Assembly (NCBI GenBank): GCA_021613535.1
Contig: CP075495.1
Location: 5,704,001-5,768,000 of the forward strand
Length of the DNA: 64,000 nt
Source: Adineta vaga
Taxonomy: Eukaryota > Animalia > Rotifera
Direction: 5' to 3'
Shown: piece after piece, positions 1 through 12,344 of the stretch
How the letters are laid out: each line of letters opens with the position of its first letter
How positions within the stretch are numbered: the stretch's first letter is position 1
Program-made: the position numbers and the translations under genes
The notes under the pieces: generated by a model
What the model saw: the letters and a program-made list of their open reading frames with translations, nothing else
Told to the model about the DNA's origin: nothing
Database searches by the model: none

Positions 1-13
1 TATTTTTCTTTAG

Positions 14-1779
14 AAACACCTAGTTATTATAAACCAGACGGTCCATCTTCTACTCAAACATCGGAATTATCAGGTAACGAAATCATTTTACTTGATCTTC
101 AAAGTTTTACCTTATTCAATAAATTTCCCTAAAGGACCTATTGATACAAATGGTACCGGTGAAATATCTAACCAGACAAATTTAATTGGTAAAACAATTC
201 TACTCAATGATCAACAGTGTTATATCAAAGGAAAGTTTTTGTGTGGTACAGAAAATTTGTATGCATTAGAAAGTGAAAAACCAATAAGAGGATACAGTGG
301 ACACTGTCCTAAATGTAATCAGATGCATGTGGTATTCAATGACGCAAATAGAGGATTTTATGCTTCGGTCACAAGTATTCATGATCATGTACAAAAACAA
401 AAGCTAAATAATGAACGTTTAAAAGGTCGAATAACAACTGATCAACTACCTACTGTGAAAAATAACTTACCTCCACTTGATCATCCGATATTAGGCAAAA
501 ACAAAGGTATCGAAGGGGACTCTAATTCATGCTACATGGATGCAACCATCTTCTGCATGTTTGCTTACAATGATATATTTGATATTCTATTACACATGGA
601 TGTTCGATCAACTGAATTACAAAAACTACAAACAATATTACGTGAGAACATCGTTTATGTACTTCGTGATAAGAACAACGGTTTTGTTAAACGTATGATC
701 ATGTCAGAACTTGTTTCTTGTTTCAAAGAATATCTTTGTATGAGTAGGTGATGCTCTTTTCCATCTTCGTGCTCAACTAAGTGAAGCTACGCATGATTCA
801 TCATTCAAAGAGATGGAAAAAGATCCAAGTGAATTTTTACGATCCTTTGAACAGCTTTTTAGTTTTGCTCCACTCAAAACTATCGTACCTGACCAATCAC
901 CGAAACCAGATGGATCAAATATCACAACAAATATTATTTGTAAGTCTAGTTTATTCTTAGTATTCATTTGAGATTTAAATTTTTTTCATTTTGTTTCTAA
1001 CAGGGGAAATGTTTGATGCTAATCCATTTAATTTACCATCAACAAATATTGCAAGTATTTTTCGTAACTCACTTTCGGAAATTCCAGCTAAACTAGCAAT
1101 GATTCCACCTTTTCTTGTATTGATGGCACCGCGTCATACACGTTCACAACGTTCATATCGTTATATCATACCTGATCGACAAATCACTCTTGATAATGAT
1201 ATTGTACAATTAGTGTGTCTTCGATGCAACGAAACAAATCATGATAAAACAACTCCGAGTGATTTCTTTTTCTGTTCTGACTGTTATTCAAAAGAATCGA
1301 ATATTAGACCAACAACTGAAGCTACAATAGTATGTTACTGTAACAAATGTATAAGAAAAGATTTACATCCATCATCATCATCTGATACATGGCATAGTCA
1401 CGATTTACGCAAGATTGATATTAAGAAACATAAACTGAATTTGTTCGCTGTATTATGTATTGAAACAAGTCATTATGTTGCTTTTGTCAAATGTCAAAAT
1501 CGTAGTGTACAACAACATCAATGGTTATTTTTTGATAGTATGAGTGATCGAAAGTATGATGAACAGAATATATCTCTTGTGGATAAGGTTCCAGATTTTG
1601 AACGATGGATTGATGATGCCGAACGAGATACAGATCGTTTTTTTACTGATTTGGACGATCGTCGACGACAAGCGAGACCTACATCGCAAAAGTTTGATGA
1701 ACATGGTATGCGACAATTACGTTTATTTCGTGATGGTGCTTTTTTCTTTTATGAAAATTCCAATGTAAACTATCAATAA
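14..1779 (+). CDS. CYLD: CYLD-like ubiquitin carboxyl-terminal hydrolase (USP/C19), 5'-truncated by window edge; exons ~14-73, 135-692, 748-939, 1004-1779
   Basis: GKNKGIEGDSNSCYMDATIFCMF (Cys box), Cys-rich B-box-like insert, LFAVLCIETSHYVAFVK and WLFFDSMSDR (His/Asp box) match CYLD; short GT-AG introns join the ORF pieces. Confidence 0.88.
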
Positions 1780-1989
1780 AAGAAACAAAGATTTGTTTAT
1801 GCTTTATAATCAAGATATGATTTTTTTGTGCTTTTCAGTATCATATTATCGTTTCCTTCTTTTTTTACATTGTGATATTATTATTATTATTATTAATTCG
1901 AACAACAGAAGAATGCAGTTCTGTATACATATAAATTTCGCATTTCTATTATTTTCAGATTGATAAAAAAAAAGAAGTAATTCCAAAAC

Positions 1990-3193
1990 ATGACAAAACA
2001 AATCATTATCTACGGAGGTAAATATTTAAAAACAAAAGCTGAGAAAGAAACAAAATAGAATCTATTGAATTTTGAATTTTAGGTCGTGGAGCTTTAGGTG
2101 ATTGTTTAGTTCGTTATTTCAAAAGTAAAGATTTTGTAAGTAAATTGTTTTGGTATTTTTTATTCGTAGTTATGCATATTTTTGTATTAGAAAGTAACAT
2201 CAATTGATTTGAAACAAAATGAAGAAGCTGATGTTAATATTACTCTTGGCGAAGTAGAAAATTTAGAAAAGCAAGCTGAATTAATTACTGAGAGTAAATG
2301 ATTATTGAAAATATAATTCTAAGTAAACTAGATTTCAATGATTTTTATAGAAATTCAATCATCATTGAATGGAGAATCTGTTGAGGCTATTCTGAATGTT
2401 GCTGGTGGCTGGGCAGGAGGTAATGCTGGTGATAAAGGTAAACTAACAATGATTTTATTGTGATTGACATGATTTATTCTTTTTTCCTGACAGATTTCAT
2501 CAAGAATTCTGATTTAATGTTCAAGCAAAGTGTTCATTCATCATTGATTGCTGCATCATTAGCAAATAAATTTCTCAAGGAAAATGGTTTATTAACTCTA
2601 GCTGGCGCTGCAGCTGCTCTTGATTCAACACCAGGTTAATATTCTTAAATACGAAATATGTGCTGTTCTTTGACAATTGTACTATATTTGTTTTTCAGGT
2701 ATGATTGGTTATGGTGCAGCTAAAGCGGCTACAATTCATATTGGTAAAAGTCTTGCAGCAGCTGATAGTGGCATGCCAAAAAATTCATCCGTATTTACTA
2801 TTGCACCGTACGTCAATATTTTGATTTCATGAGTCAGATTCATTAGGATGTAAAAAAAGCAAAGGATAAAGCGACGGCAAATGTCACACTCGAGCAATCT
2901 TGTACAAGTCGATATCACTAGTAAACATTCTTTTTCTTTTCTTCCTCATTTAGAATCATGTTAGATACGCCAATGAATCGTAAATGGATGCCAAAAGCAG
3001 ACACAAGTACATGGACACCTTTAGAATATATTGCTGAGTATGTTGAAGTTTTTCTGAATCGATTGAAATTTAGTTCGTTTATTTTCTCAGATTATTTTAT
3101 AAGTGGATTAATGATCCTACATCACGTCCTGATAATGGTTCTGTTGTTAAATTGACAACGAAAAATAGCAATACTGAATTAAGCTACCATTGA
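1990..3193 (+). CDS. QDPR: Dihydropteridine reductase (quinoid), multi-exon
   Basis: Spliced product [15 protein letters not shown]...[13 protein letters not shown]...[13 protein letters not shown] (YxxxK)...[26 protein letters not shown]; stop TGA 3191-3193. Confidence 0.95.
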
Positions 3194-3413
3194 TAATAAT
3201 TTACCAAACGAATGCATTTATTATCTAGTCGACAAAAAGAAAACGAACAAATAGTTCAATCTTTTTTGTGGTGATAGTCTTTTATGTTTCCTTATTTTAC
3301 ACTGATCATTCCATGGTTAATTGCCTTAACTTCTATATTTTTTAATCTTTTGGTGATTGTCTATCAGTATACCTTTGTAGTATCTTTTTAGATTTGAAAA
3401 TTTGAACGAAATA

Positions 3414-6400
3414 ATGAATGAACCATTATCTTTATCTGAAATTGGCACTAGATATCTATCTAATTATCTTTTACCTTTTGTCTCTGATGAACCTATTCAT
3501 ATCTCGGAATTATCATGTTTAACACCACGTTTGGGTAATTTATTACTTAAATCAATTCTTGAATTTAGACGAACAGATTCATCTAATTCAACCGATTATT
3601 TTCTTTCATTTTTCACTAAAATTGCGTCAAAGAATGAATTGAAGTATGACAAAATAACTTATTTCAAAACCTATCCTTTTTTCTTTATTTTTCATCTAGA
3701 AAATCTGACCTACTAGTTCAATTAACTGAATTACCATTTCGTTCATGTCCATTCATAACCAATCAATCTATATCGCGATATTTATTATCTCATGAATTCA
3801 TTGAAATCATTGATTTACGTGATTGTCATGTAACATATAAAGTCATTTATTTCCTAACAAAATATTTTCCTCGTTTAACAACATTATATATTGGTCAAAC
3901 AGAAAGTCCCTTAGATCGTCATTTAACTTCATGTGAATTTTTTTCAAAAAATCATCTCGATCCGAAATATTTTCTTAAAAAATCGACACTCAAATATCTC
4001 TGCTTAGAAGGTATTTATACATCTACACGAGATGATTCAATCGAAGAATTCTTTCATACTTCATTAACACAATCAAGTGAACATATTCGGGTTCTTGATC
4101 TCTCAAGAAATTCCTCCTTAGAGCAATTGATATATATTGATTGTTTTAAACATATTCATTCATTAATACTTTATGATATCTTACCAGACACAATTGAATC
4201 CTCGATTGATTCAATATGTTCTCTAAAAACATTAGTTCTACTTGATTTATCATTCAATCGACGTTTACAAGAACCACAAAATTATTCAAAACCAACAATT
4301 ATCTTAGCAAAACTAATAAGATCTTTACCGAAATTACTTTCATTGGATATTAGTGGAACAAATCTAGCAGGTGCTTTTTCATTTGATCGTAATGAAGAAT
4401 TAGCTTATATAAAGAAAGAACTTAATATTGATGAATCAGAGTATGTGATAGACAAAAAGATGATTCAGTTTTGTCTTAAAAACAATCTTTTTTTTTTCTT
4501 CTAGAAACTTTACAATACAATCGGGTATAGCTGGTTTATTAGTATTAAAACATCAATTAGAATTTTTGGGTCTCTTTGATGTGGATGAAAGAGGTTCAGC
4601 TAGACAATCGTTACCTGCAAAAAAGGTAAATAGTAAAGAAAAGATCTGATTTATATTAGTAACAGTTGTCTGCGTTTGAATATATATCGTCTTATAACTT
4701 GGAAATCGATCGTTTTTCATTAATGAAAATTCTAATTATGTAAACTAATTTAGATCACCGGTGAACATACGGAAGAAATGATGATCACATCTTTGTCACA
4801 TTATATGGAACGATCAAGTGTGTTAACACATATTTTAGCACATTTATTTCGTTTATACAATCATAATACAATTCACAATCCATTCGACGCTGGAAAGGTT
4901 TGTAATATTATTTTTGAATTTCAATTCAATTTCATTTGAATTTTAGTTAGTAATGGATGCAATGGAAAGACATTTGTATGATCGTAGTCTTCAAACATCG
5001 GGAAGTGCATGTTTATATTATGTTGTTGATATGTTTCAAAATGAATCTGATTCAATGTTAGAAAAATATAATGATTATCTCAAAAGATTATTGATAATTA
5101 TTCTTTCTGCAATGAATGTTCATCTTCAACATTCAGCTGTAAGTAGAAAAAGTCATGTTATTTCAATCGATTAGATTGTGTTTTTTCTTTCAATAATCAG
5201 ATGATTCGCAATGGATTGTTGACAATTTCTCGAATGCAAATGCATTTACCAAATCATATTGTATGTGATAAAATAATTTTAAAAAATTCCGAATATTTTA
5301 TTGAAATATATTTAGATGAGTGCCTTTGAGGAGACAGTGAATCTTTTACTTAAATTTATTCGATTATTCTTTCATGAAACTGTTGTACATGAACAAGTTT
5401 TACTTCATAATGCTCTTTCAGTACTCAATCATATTGCATGTAGTGTAGATGGACAAGAAAAACTTTTCATTGGTCGTGTGGGTGTTATTGAAGTAAGAGA
5501 AAAGTCGTATATATTTTGTCTTTAGTCTATTCGAATGTATTGACATTAGACTGCTGTGGAAATCGTTCGTCGTTATTGGTTGAAAAAATCGAATTGTGAA
5601 ACAGTTGAAGTTGCTTGGACTCTATTATGGAATATAACAGATGAAACACCAGAAAATTGTCGACGATTTATTGAAGATAATAATGGTTTACAGGCATATT
5701 ATGATTGTTTAGAATTATGGTCAGATAAACGTGACCTTGTGAGAAATATGTTAGGTTTACTAGGAAATGTTGCTGAGGTAAAAGAATTAAGGCATTATTT
5801 AATTACTCCTATGCATATGGAAAAGTTTAGGTATGGATAAAAAGAAGAAGATTTTGTTTTCTGAAAGATTTTTATTTTCTCATTTAGAATTTTGCTGAAA
5901 CGATCATTACAAAATGATATTGAAATTCCGTATAATTGTGGTGGAATTCTTGCAAATATTCTTTCGGATGGATTTGAAGCATGGACAATAAATTCAAGTA
6001 TAGAACAACAAGTTGTTAATCAAGAAATGTATGATGCGGTACAAACATGGGATTTACGTCGACAACGAACAATTAATTATCGATCCTTAGCACCTATTTT
6101 AAGATTAATGAATGAGAATTATCCAAGTGGTTGTGTCATGTGGGCTGTGTGGGCAATGACTAATTTAACTACAGTTCTCCGTATGTTTTACTTCATATTG
6201 AGTTCTTTTCAATGTACACTTGTCTTTATTTCTAGCGGAGAAGTATTGTACATTAGTTCGAAATGAAAATGGTGAACCGTTATTAACTCAAATATTATAC
6301 AGTGATAAACTAAGTGAGGCAATCAAAAATTTAGCTCAAGCAGCACTTACAAATATTCAACGGTAAAAATGCTTTTCGAAAACACAAATAAACTTTTTTC

Positions 6401-6476
6401 TAATATTTATTCATTTAGATTTTTTGGTACACCAGTACCGATGGATATAGCAATTGATGATGAACTTGAACTTTAA
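3414..6476 (+). CDS. ZER1: ZER1/ZYG-11 family CUL2 substrate receptor (LRR + armadillo repeats), multi-exon
   Basis: N-terminal BC-box-like PLSLSEIG, LRRs (LLSLDISGTNLAG), C-terminal ARM motifs AWTLLWNITDETPENCRRF, RNMLGLLGNVAEV, INYRSLAPILRL, WAVWAMTNL. Confidence 0.88.
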
Positions 6477-6855
6477 TAATTTATATATATATATATATAC
6501 GTTTGTTTTGTCTTCTCTTTTCCTTTTTCATAGATTTGATGCAGTACATTCTTTTTTGCTTTCGTTTTTATGCACGTTCATTTTTTTGTCCTTCCTTATA
6601 TTTGTATATGAACGAACAGTTTTCGTTTCTTTCTTCCAGCTAATCCTTGTCCGCGTTTGTTTGCTTGTTTGTTTCTTGTGATATTTTTGCTCTTAATCAT
6701 CATCAACAACTTGTATAGAGAGAGAGAGAAAACAAGAAATACCAAATCTTTTATATATGTATATATATATATGTATTAATGGGATATTTTTTTCTATAAA
6801 CTCACACAAAAAAATCAAAAAATACGGAAAAGTTATTTTTTATTCTTATACAGTA

Positions 6856-9707
6856 TTATCGTTGACGTTTTGGTAAAATTAATCCAAGTAGAACACCAAA
6901 TGTACGTTCAAAGACAAGATGGGTTAAAACGCCAAGTATTAATGCAAATATTAGATGACCAAAAAATATATAAAGTAATGTAATATCAGTAGCAAAAAAC
7001 AGATTCTGTTGGGCAAACATGTAATATACCATAATCATAGGATGGATTAAATAAGTTGTATATGATGTATGAGCAAAAAAGGTAAAACCACGCCATGATA
7101 AAATATTATCAATTAATGGTGCAAGACCTTTGTAACATGAAAATATAATCCATGAAATTGCTAATGGCCAAGCAATACGTGATAGAACAAAGTAAAGAAC
7201 ATAGACCCACGGTTCCATTGGTGTACCACCATCACGATGATTTGTCCAATTACCAAATATACTTGTGAGCATAAAAACGATTGTCAATGCCCATAATAAT
7301 AAATGATAAATGGGATGTAAATGTACTTTCTTTTTATCGGTTTTGAAAAGAATATATCCAAGTATAATACCAATAACATATGGGCCAGCACGACAATATG
7401 GTTTAATATATGTATCTAGAAACAAAAGAACTTCATATATTGATAAAATATGTTTTTCGCTTTACTTTACCTTCCCAAATAGCTTTTAATGTAACAAGAA
7501 TTTGTCCTTTGACATACGTATTTGCAATATTAAATCCTAATATACATGAACTTGCTGTTAAAACTCCAAATAAAATAAATGAACCAATGACGGGATAATA
7601 ATACAATGGTACAATAAGGAATGGTGCAATAAGAAATAATTGAAAATCATTTGAAACATACCAGTAATAACCCATACATCGTGTACCTCTACCATTAGGT
7701 ACAAAATTATTAATGAGAAGAAAGTAAGCCCACCAATAATTATGACAATCCGAATTTTGCATTGGAAAATCTTTCGCTGTCCATAACGGTCCTTGACCAA
7801 TGTAAGGTGTAACATATATATATAATAAAAATATCATTATATAAGGTGGTACAAGACGTAAATAACGTTCAAGATACATCATTGGCCAAAAATACCATCG
7901 AGGCATGCCACTTTTTTTTAACATACGTAACAATGATAATGTTACTAATGCAGCACTGATGAGAAAGAATGTATCGACACCATATAAGGCATTAATAATC
8001 AATTGTGAATCGAATCGTTTTTGAAAATCTAATAGATCAAGTGCATTTTGTGTAAGTAAAAAGTAACTTTGATCACCAATATAATTATATGTATGACCCC
8101 AAACAATCCATACCATAGAAATAACACGAATACCATTTAAACATTTCATTGCACCTAAAACAAAGAATTGATAATATAAATTAGATCATATGCCTCATTT
8201 AATATTCGATATTTACTTACCAGAATTTGCCATTGGTTTAAGCATCGCTGTATAAGCTGAAAGATCAATAGCAATTCGATGAAGTTTATAAATCCATTGA
8301 TTATACCATCTTTTTCGACTATTAGCTACTGTTGTTCGTTCAATTGCAGATGGATAACTCATTCCATGTAGACGAAGACGATTGGAGTACTGATATTGAT
8401 AAGCATCAAGATTCTTATAAAAAATTCCATGTGGTTGTTCTGGTGCCGATGAAAAATTACATAGTGTATGAAGATTTTGCATTGATAATGTACTTGCTGT
8501 TGCATATGGTTTATTTAATATCGAACGATAAAAACAATCATATAATGTTGCTAATACAACAATTGATGTTAAAATAGTGATGAGTACTACTGTAAAATAA
8601 TAAGAACCAGGTGGTTTAATTGGAGCTTCACATTGTACACCTTCAAGATAATGCACACTGGTTATTTGATGAATTGTTAATAATTTAAGTGTATGATTAA
8701 TAATTGCTGCAACATCTTCATTACCACAAAAATCTGGTACACAAACACCAAGATCTATAGCAGCTAATGCGACTGGATCACCAGGAAGACCTTCAACTGC
8801 ATCACCAGCTAAAGCTACTAGAGATGGATCACCACGAACTTTAGCTCGACAATAACGTCCTTGAAATTTGAATGAATCATTGGAATATTTTACTTTATGA
8901 CAACTATTCCAATTACCAAGCCAGTTTGTATTGGCAGCTAAAAGATTTGTTGGAGGTTTACCTGTCGCATCAAACATACGTAATGCCCAAATATTTTTTC
9001 TTGGATTTGCCAAGGCATCAATCCATAAACTTAAAGCTTTACGACAACCCGGTGTTTTAACGTCTTTAAGATAGACTTCGTTGAAATAAGTCTTTGCATT
9101 CGAGGGTGAATTACGTAAACCATATGCAAGAAGTTTGGCCCCATTTGCAGGCGTACCAAAACGTTTAATATAATATTTGAGATCGTACCATGTGATAGCA
9201 AGTGAACCATTTTCTCGTAGAAGCGTAATCATTCGATTTAGATCGTTGAGTAAAAACTGAAAGTCACCTAAAACAGAAATGCAAGAGTATTTTTCGTCTT
9301 CAACATTATCCATTTATTTTCAACTGACCAGGTTTATAATATTCATGATCGTTAAAAAACACAGCTATCTGTTGAAGTCCAAGTAGCAAAACTTCATCAA
9401 GTGTTGCATGATCGAATGCATCGGAATTGAACAAGACATCCGTATCTGGTGCTTTACTTTTATCACCAAAAATGATATACTCAATAGCTTCAGTCAAATA
9501 ACAATATTGATCACTGTTTGGTCGACATTTACTAACCAGAGCTTTTGATGGAAAGTCATTTTGAAAAATCTTCGGTTGATTTGCCATATTGATATTTGTA
9601 TTAATTTGACCATTATTACATCCAATTAAGGATATAAAAATAATCAAAGTGAACAGACTCAATTTTATCCAAGAAATAGACGACGACATATTACTACATA
9701 AACGCAT
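6856..9707 (-). CDS. NRF-6-like / O-acyltransferase-like protein (signal peptide, NRF domain, Acyl_transf_3 multi-TM domain)
   Basis: WALRMFDATGK...WLGNWNSC (NRF domain); CLNGIRVISMVWIVWGH, VDTFFLIS, RYLRLVP, WYVSNDFQLF, YIKPYCRAGPY, SYTTYLIHP; three ~60-nt introns including 9268-9328. Confidence 0.92.
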
Positions 9708-10530
9708 ATGAAACTGTTGAATATTTGTCTCTTCTTTTTATTTTAAAATGTTGTTCTTATGATAAGGATAAGATGTGTTTTATCTCATCTTTTTTATTAA
9801 TAAGAAGCGCGTGATTATTATTTACTCAACTAAATCTTAATATCAGACCAATAAGAAGGTGTACCTTGCTATCACCTTCAAACAGAAAGAATTTCTTGTG
9901 TAACACTATTGACGAATAAATAGCAACAAGAAAAAGAACTCGGAAATATTGTATATAGAACAAATTTGTAAATGATGGTATATTTAAGAAATAATGTAGA
10001 AATTAAATAAACATATATATATATATATATACAATTGCTTGTGAAACAAGAATCGAATGAATAAAAACGCCTTTTTTTAGAGATAACAATTTTCATTATC
10101 AATATTTCTAAAACAAAGAACAAATGTTGATAAGGTTGCTAATATAAAAATGAAAATTTTAACAGAGATACTTTTACTGATAATCAAGTAAATCTAAACA
10201 CTGCACATATAGTAGAATGGTTTTCTTTCTATCAATATACAACTTCGATAAGTAAGCGTAGAAAACAATAGATGTTTCTTATATCAAAAATATGTTAACG
10301 AAATAATAGATCTATCTTGAAAAAGTCTTGGCATTGTAAAATATTGAACTATTTAATTTCACATATATATATATATATGTATATGAAGTTTTCTACATAT
10401 TCAGTAGATCAATGAATATGTCTGTACATTTTCATCTTTCATTTAAATCACATATTTATTCTTCAATCAAATAAAACTACATGTTTCATGATAGTCTCAA
10501 TTAGTTCGATGCAATATAGCTATTCTATAA

Positions 10531-11121
10531 TCAAAAAATAATTTGTGTTCGTCGTTGTACAACAGCAAATCCAACAAGATACAATTCAATTGGATATTCA
10601 TTACTAAATAAACGTAAATCATAGACAGATGCCCAAGGTGATACTTGCATATAATCTGCATAGATTTTATTTGTCATTAATCCATCACGAAATCGTACAG
10701 TATTTAATGATGACATCTCCGGTGTACGTGGTGGTGATAATTCAATAATAATTTGTTGATAGTAATTCAATTCGATAGCATAGATAAGTGCCGATCGTTG
10801 ATAAATTCGTCCATCAATCCATATTCCCAAACGTGGATCAAGTATACGAAAAGTGAATACTTGATTCGATCCGAGAAAGGTATCAATACGTGCCACAATA
10901 ATAAAATCATTCAATGGTAAAATAGATTTAATAGTTCCTGAATAAGTGAGAGAATATTGTGTTTCAAGACGATAAATCAATCGACCACCATTATTTGTAA
11001 ATACTGAATAGGAATTATATTGATATGAATTACGAAAATCCTGTTTGATTACATATTGTTGTCCATGAATAAAACTAATTGTTATTATTAAAACAATACT
11101 TTGAAGGAAGAACGGTTTCAT
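10531..11121 (-). CDS. Intronless secreted protein (~196 aa), possibly LURP-one/tubby-like beta-barrel fold
   Basis: Long single ORF; signal peptide MKPFFLQSIVLIITISFIHG; beta-strand pattern (YVIKQDF...YSVFTNNG.RLIYRL) ending in a hydrophobic helix (PIELYLVGFAV) resembles the LURP1/scramblase layout; fold call is tentative. Confidence 0.6.
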   Translation of the reverse strand: MKPFFLQSIVLIITISFIHGQQYVIKQDFRNSYQYNSYSVFTNNGGRLIYRLETQYSLTYSGTIKSILPLNDFIIVARIDTFLGSNQVFTFRILDPRLGIWIDGRIYQRSALIYAIELNYYQQIIIELSPPRTPEMSSLNTVRFRDGLMTNKIYADYMQVSPWASVYDLRLFSNEYPIELYLVGFAVVQRRTQIIF

Positions 11122-12344
11122 TACGTAGTATAGCAACTATACAAGAAGTAGCAATAACTTGTGAATCTTTTTTTTTCTACTCTAAAGTTTCTACCAATTG
11201 TTCTTTCTTTTCTTCTTCTTCTTTTATTATTGATTGACATGAACAAATAAATTCAAATGATCATATATCACGAAGCACTATCAATTGACAAGTTTTTTTT
11301 GAATAAACAGAAACAATATTAAAAAAATTGAATCTTATATAACTTTACAATAATGTATATAAGCAATATACTTTTTTAATGAAATATTTCTAAGTATGCC
11401 ATAAGTGTTTTAATTTTATTCAGTAGTTGAAAATTAATCACTGTTAGTAACTTAATAATAAGTATGTTTCACTAGAATTTGTTAAGGTATAATGTTGTAT
11501 TACCATTATACGATGATTGATGTACTGTAAATTGTCAGTGTGTCAAAAGAATAGCAACAATTTAGTCAATAAATTCTCTCTGTATATGTATATGTGCATA
11601 CGAGGATAAATGAGTAAACGAAAAGTTATATGTCAACTTATTTATATAAATTAACTCTTTCGAATTTGTCTCGAAGTCATTCATTATTTGTATAGAATAA
11701 CAAAAAGATAAATTCTCCATATGTTTATAGTATGAAATAATTAACATAGTTATCTCGAATCGAAATTCTTTCATACATTATTTTCTTTTACATACTAAGT
11801 ATATGTCAATAAATGATCCAGCGTTCATTGTATATCTAACCTTTTTTGCTTCTAGTAGAGAATTCTATTGAATAGAAAATGATATGCACGCTTATTTTAA
11901 GCGTTACCGTTGTCTTCTTTTGTCATTTCATCTTATATAGAACAATGCATACATGCATACACACATAGAAACAACGAAATACAATACGCACAAAGCAGTG
12001 AACGTGAAAGACTGATGGTGCAAAAAGACACGCCTTTTGTGCAAACAGAACATAGAAAAAAAGGACGAAAAAAGAAAAAGAAAAAGAAAATCGCTGTACA
12101 TAAAGAGTCAAACAGAGAGAAAGAGAAAGTGTGAGAAAAAATTGATTGATACTCTTTACATGATCGATGAACAAGAGATTTGTTTTTCGTTCTCCCTGCA
12201 TACTTCTTTGTTTTTTTTTTGCTTAAATGCTTGAAGTATTGTGTCTCAACAAAACAAAAGAAAAAAACAGCTCCAAATAAACAAAAAAAACAAATTGATC
12301 GACAAGTTCCGGAAAAGAACAGCGAAAAAAACAGATCCATATCA

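Noticed and set aside
9268-9328. Apparent frameshift or two overlapping genes between ORFs 9306-9707 and 8213-9313
   Set aside because: A 61-nt GT-AG intron joins them into one NRF-6-like gene
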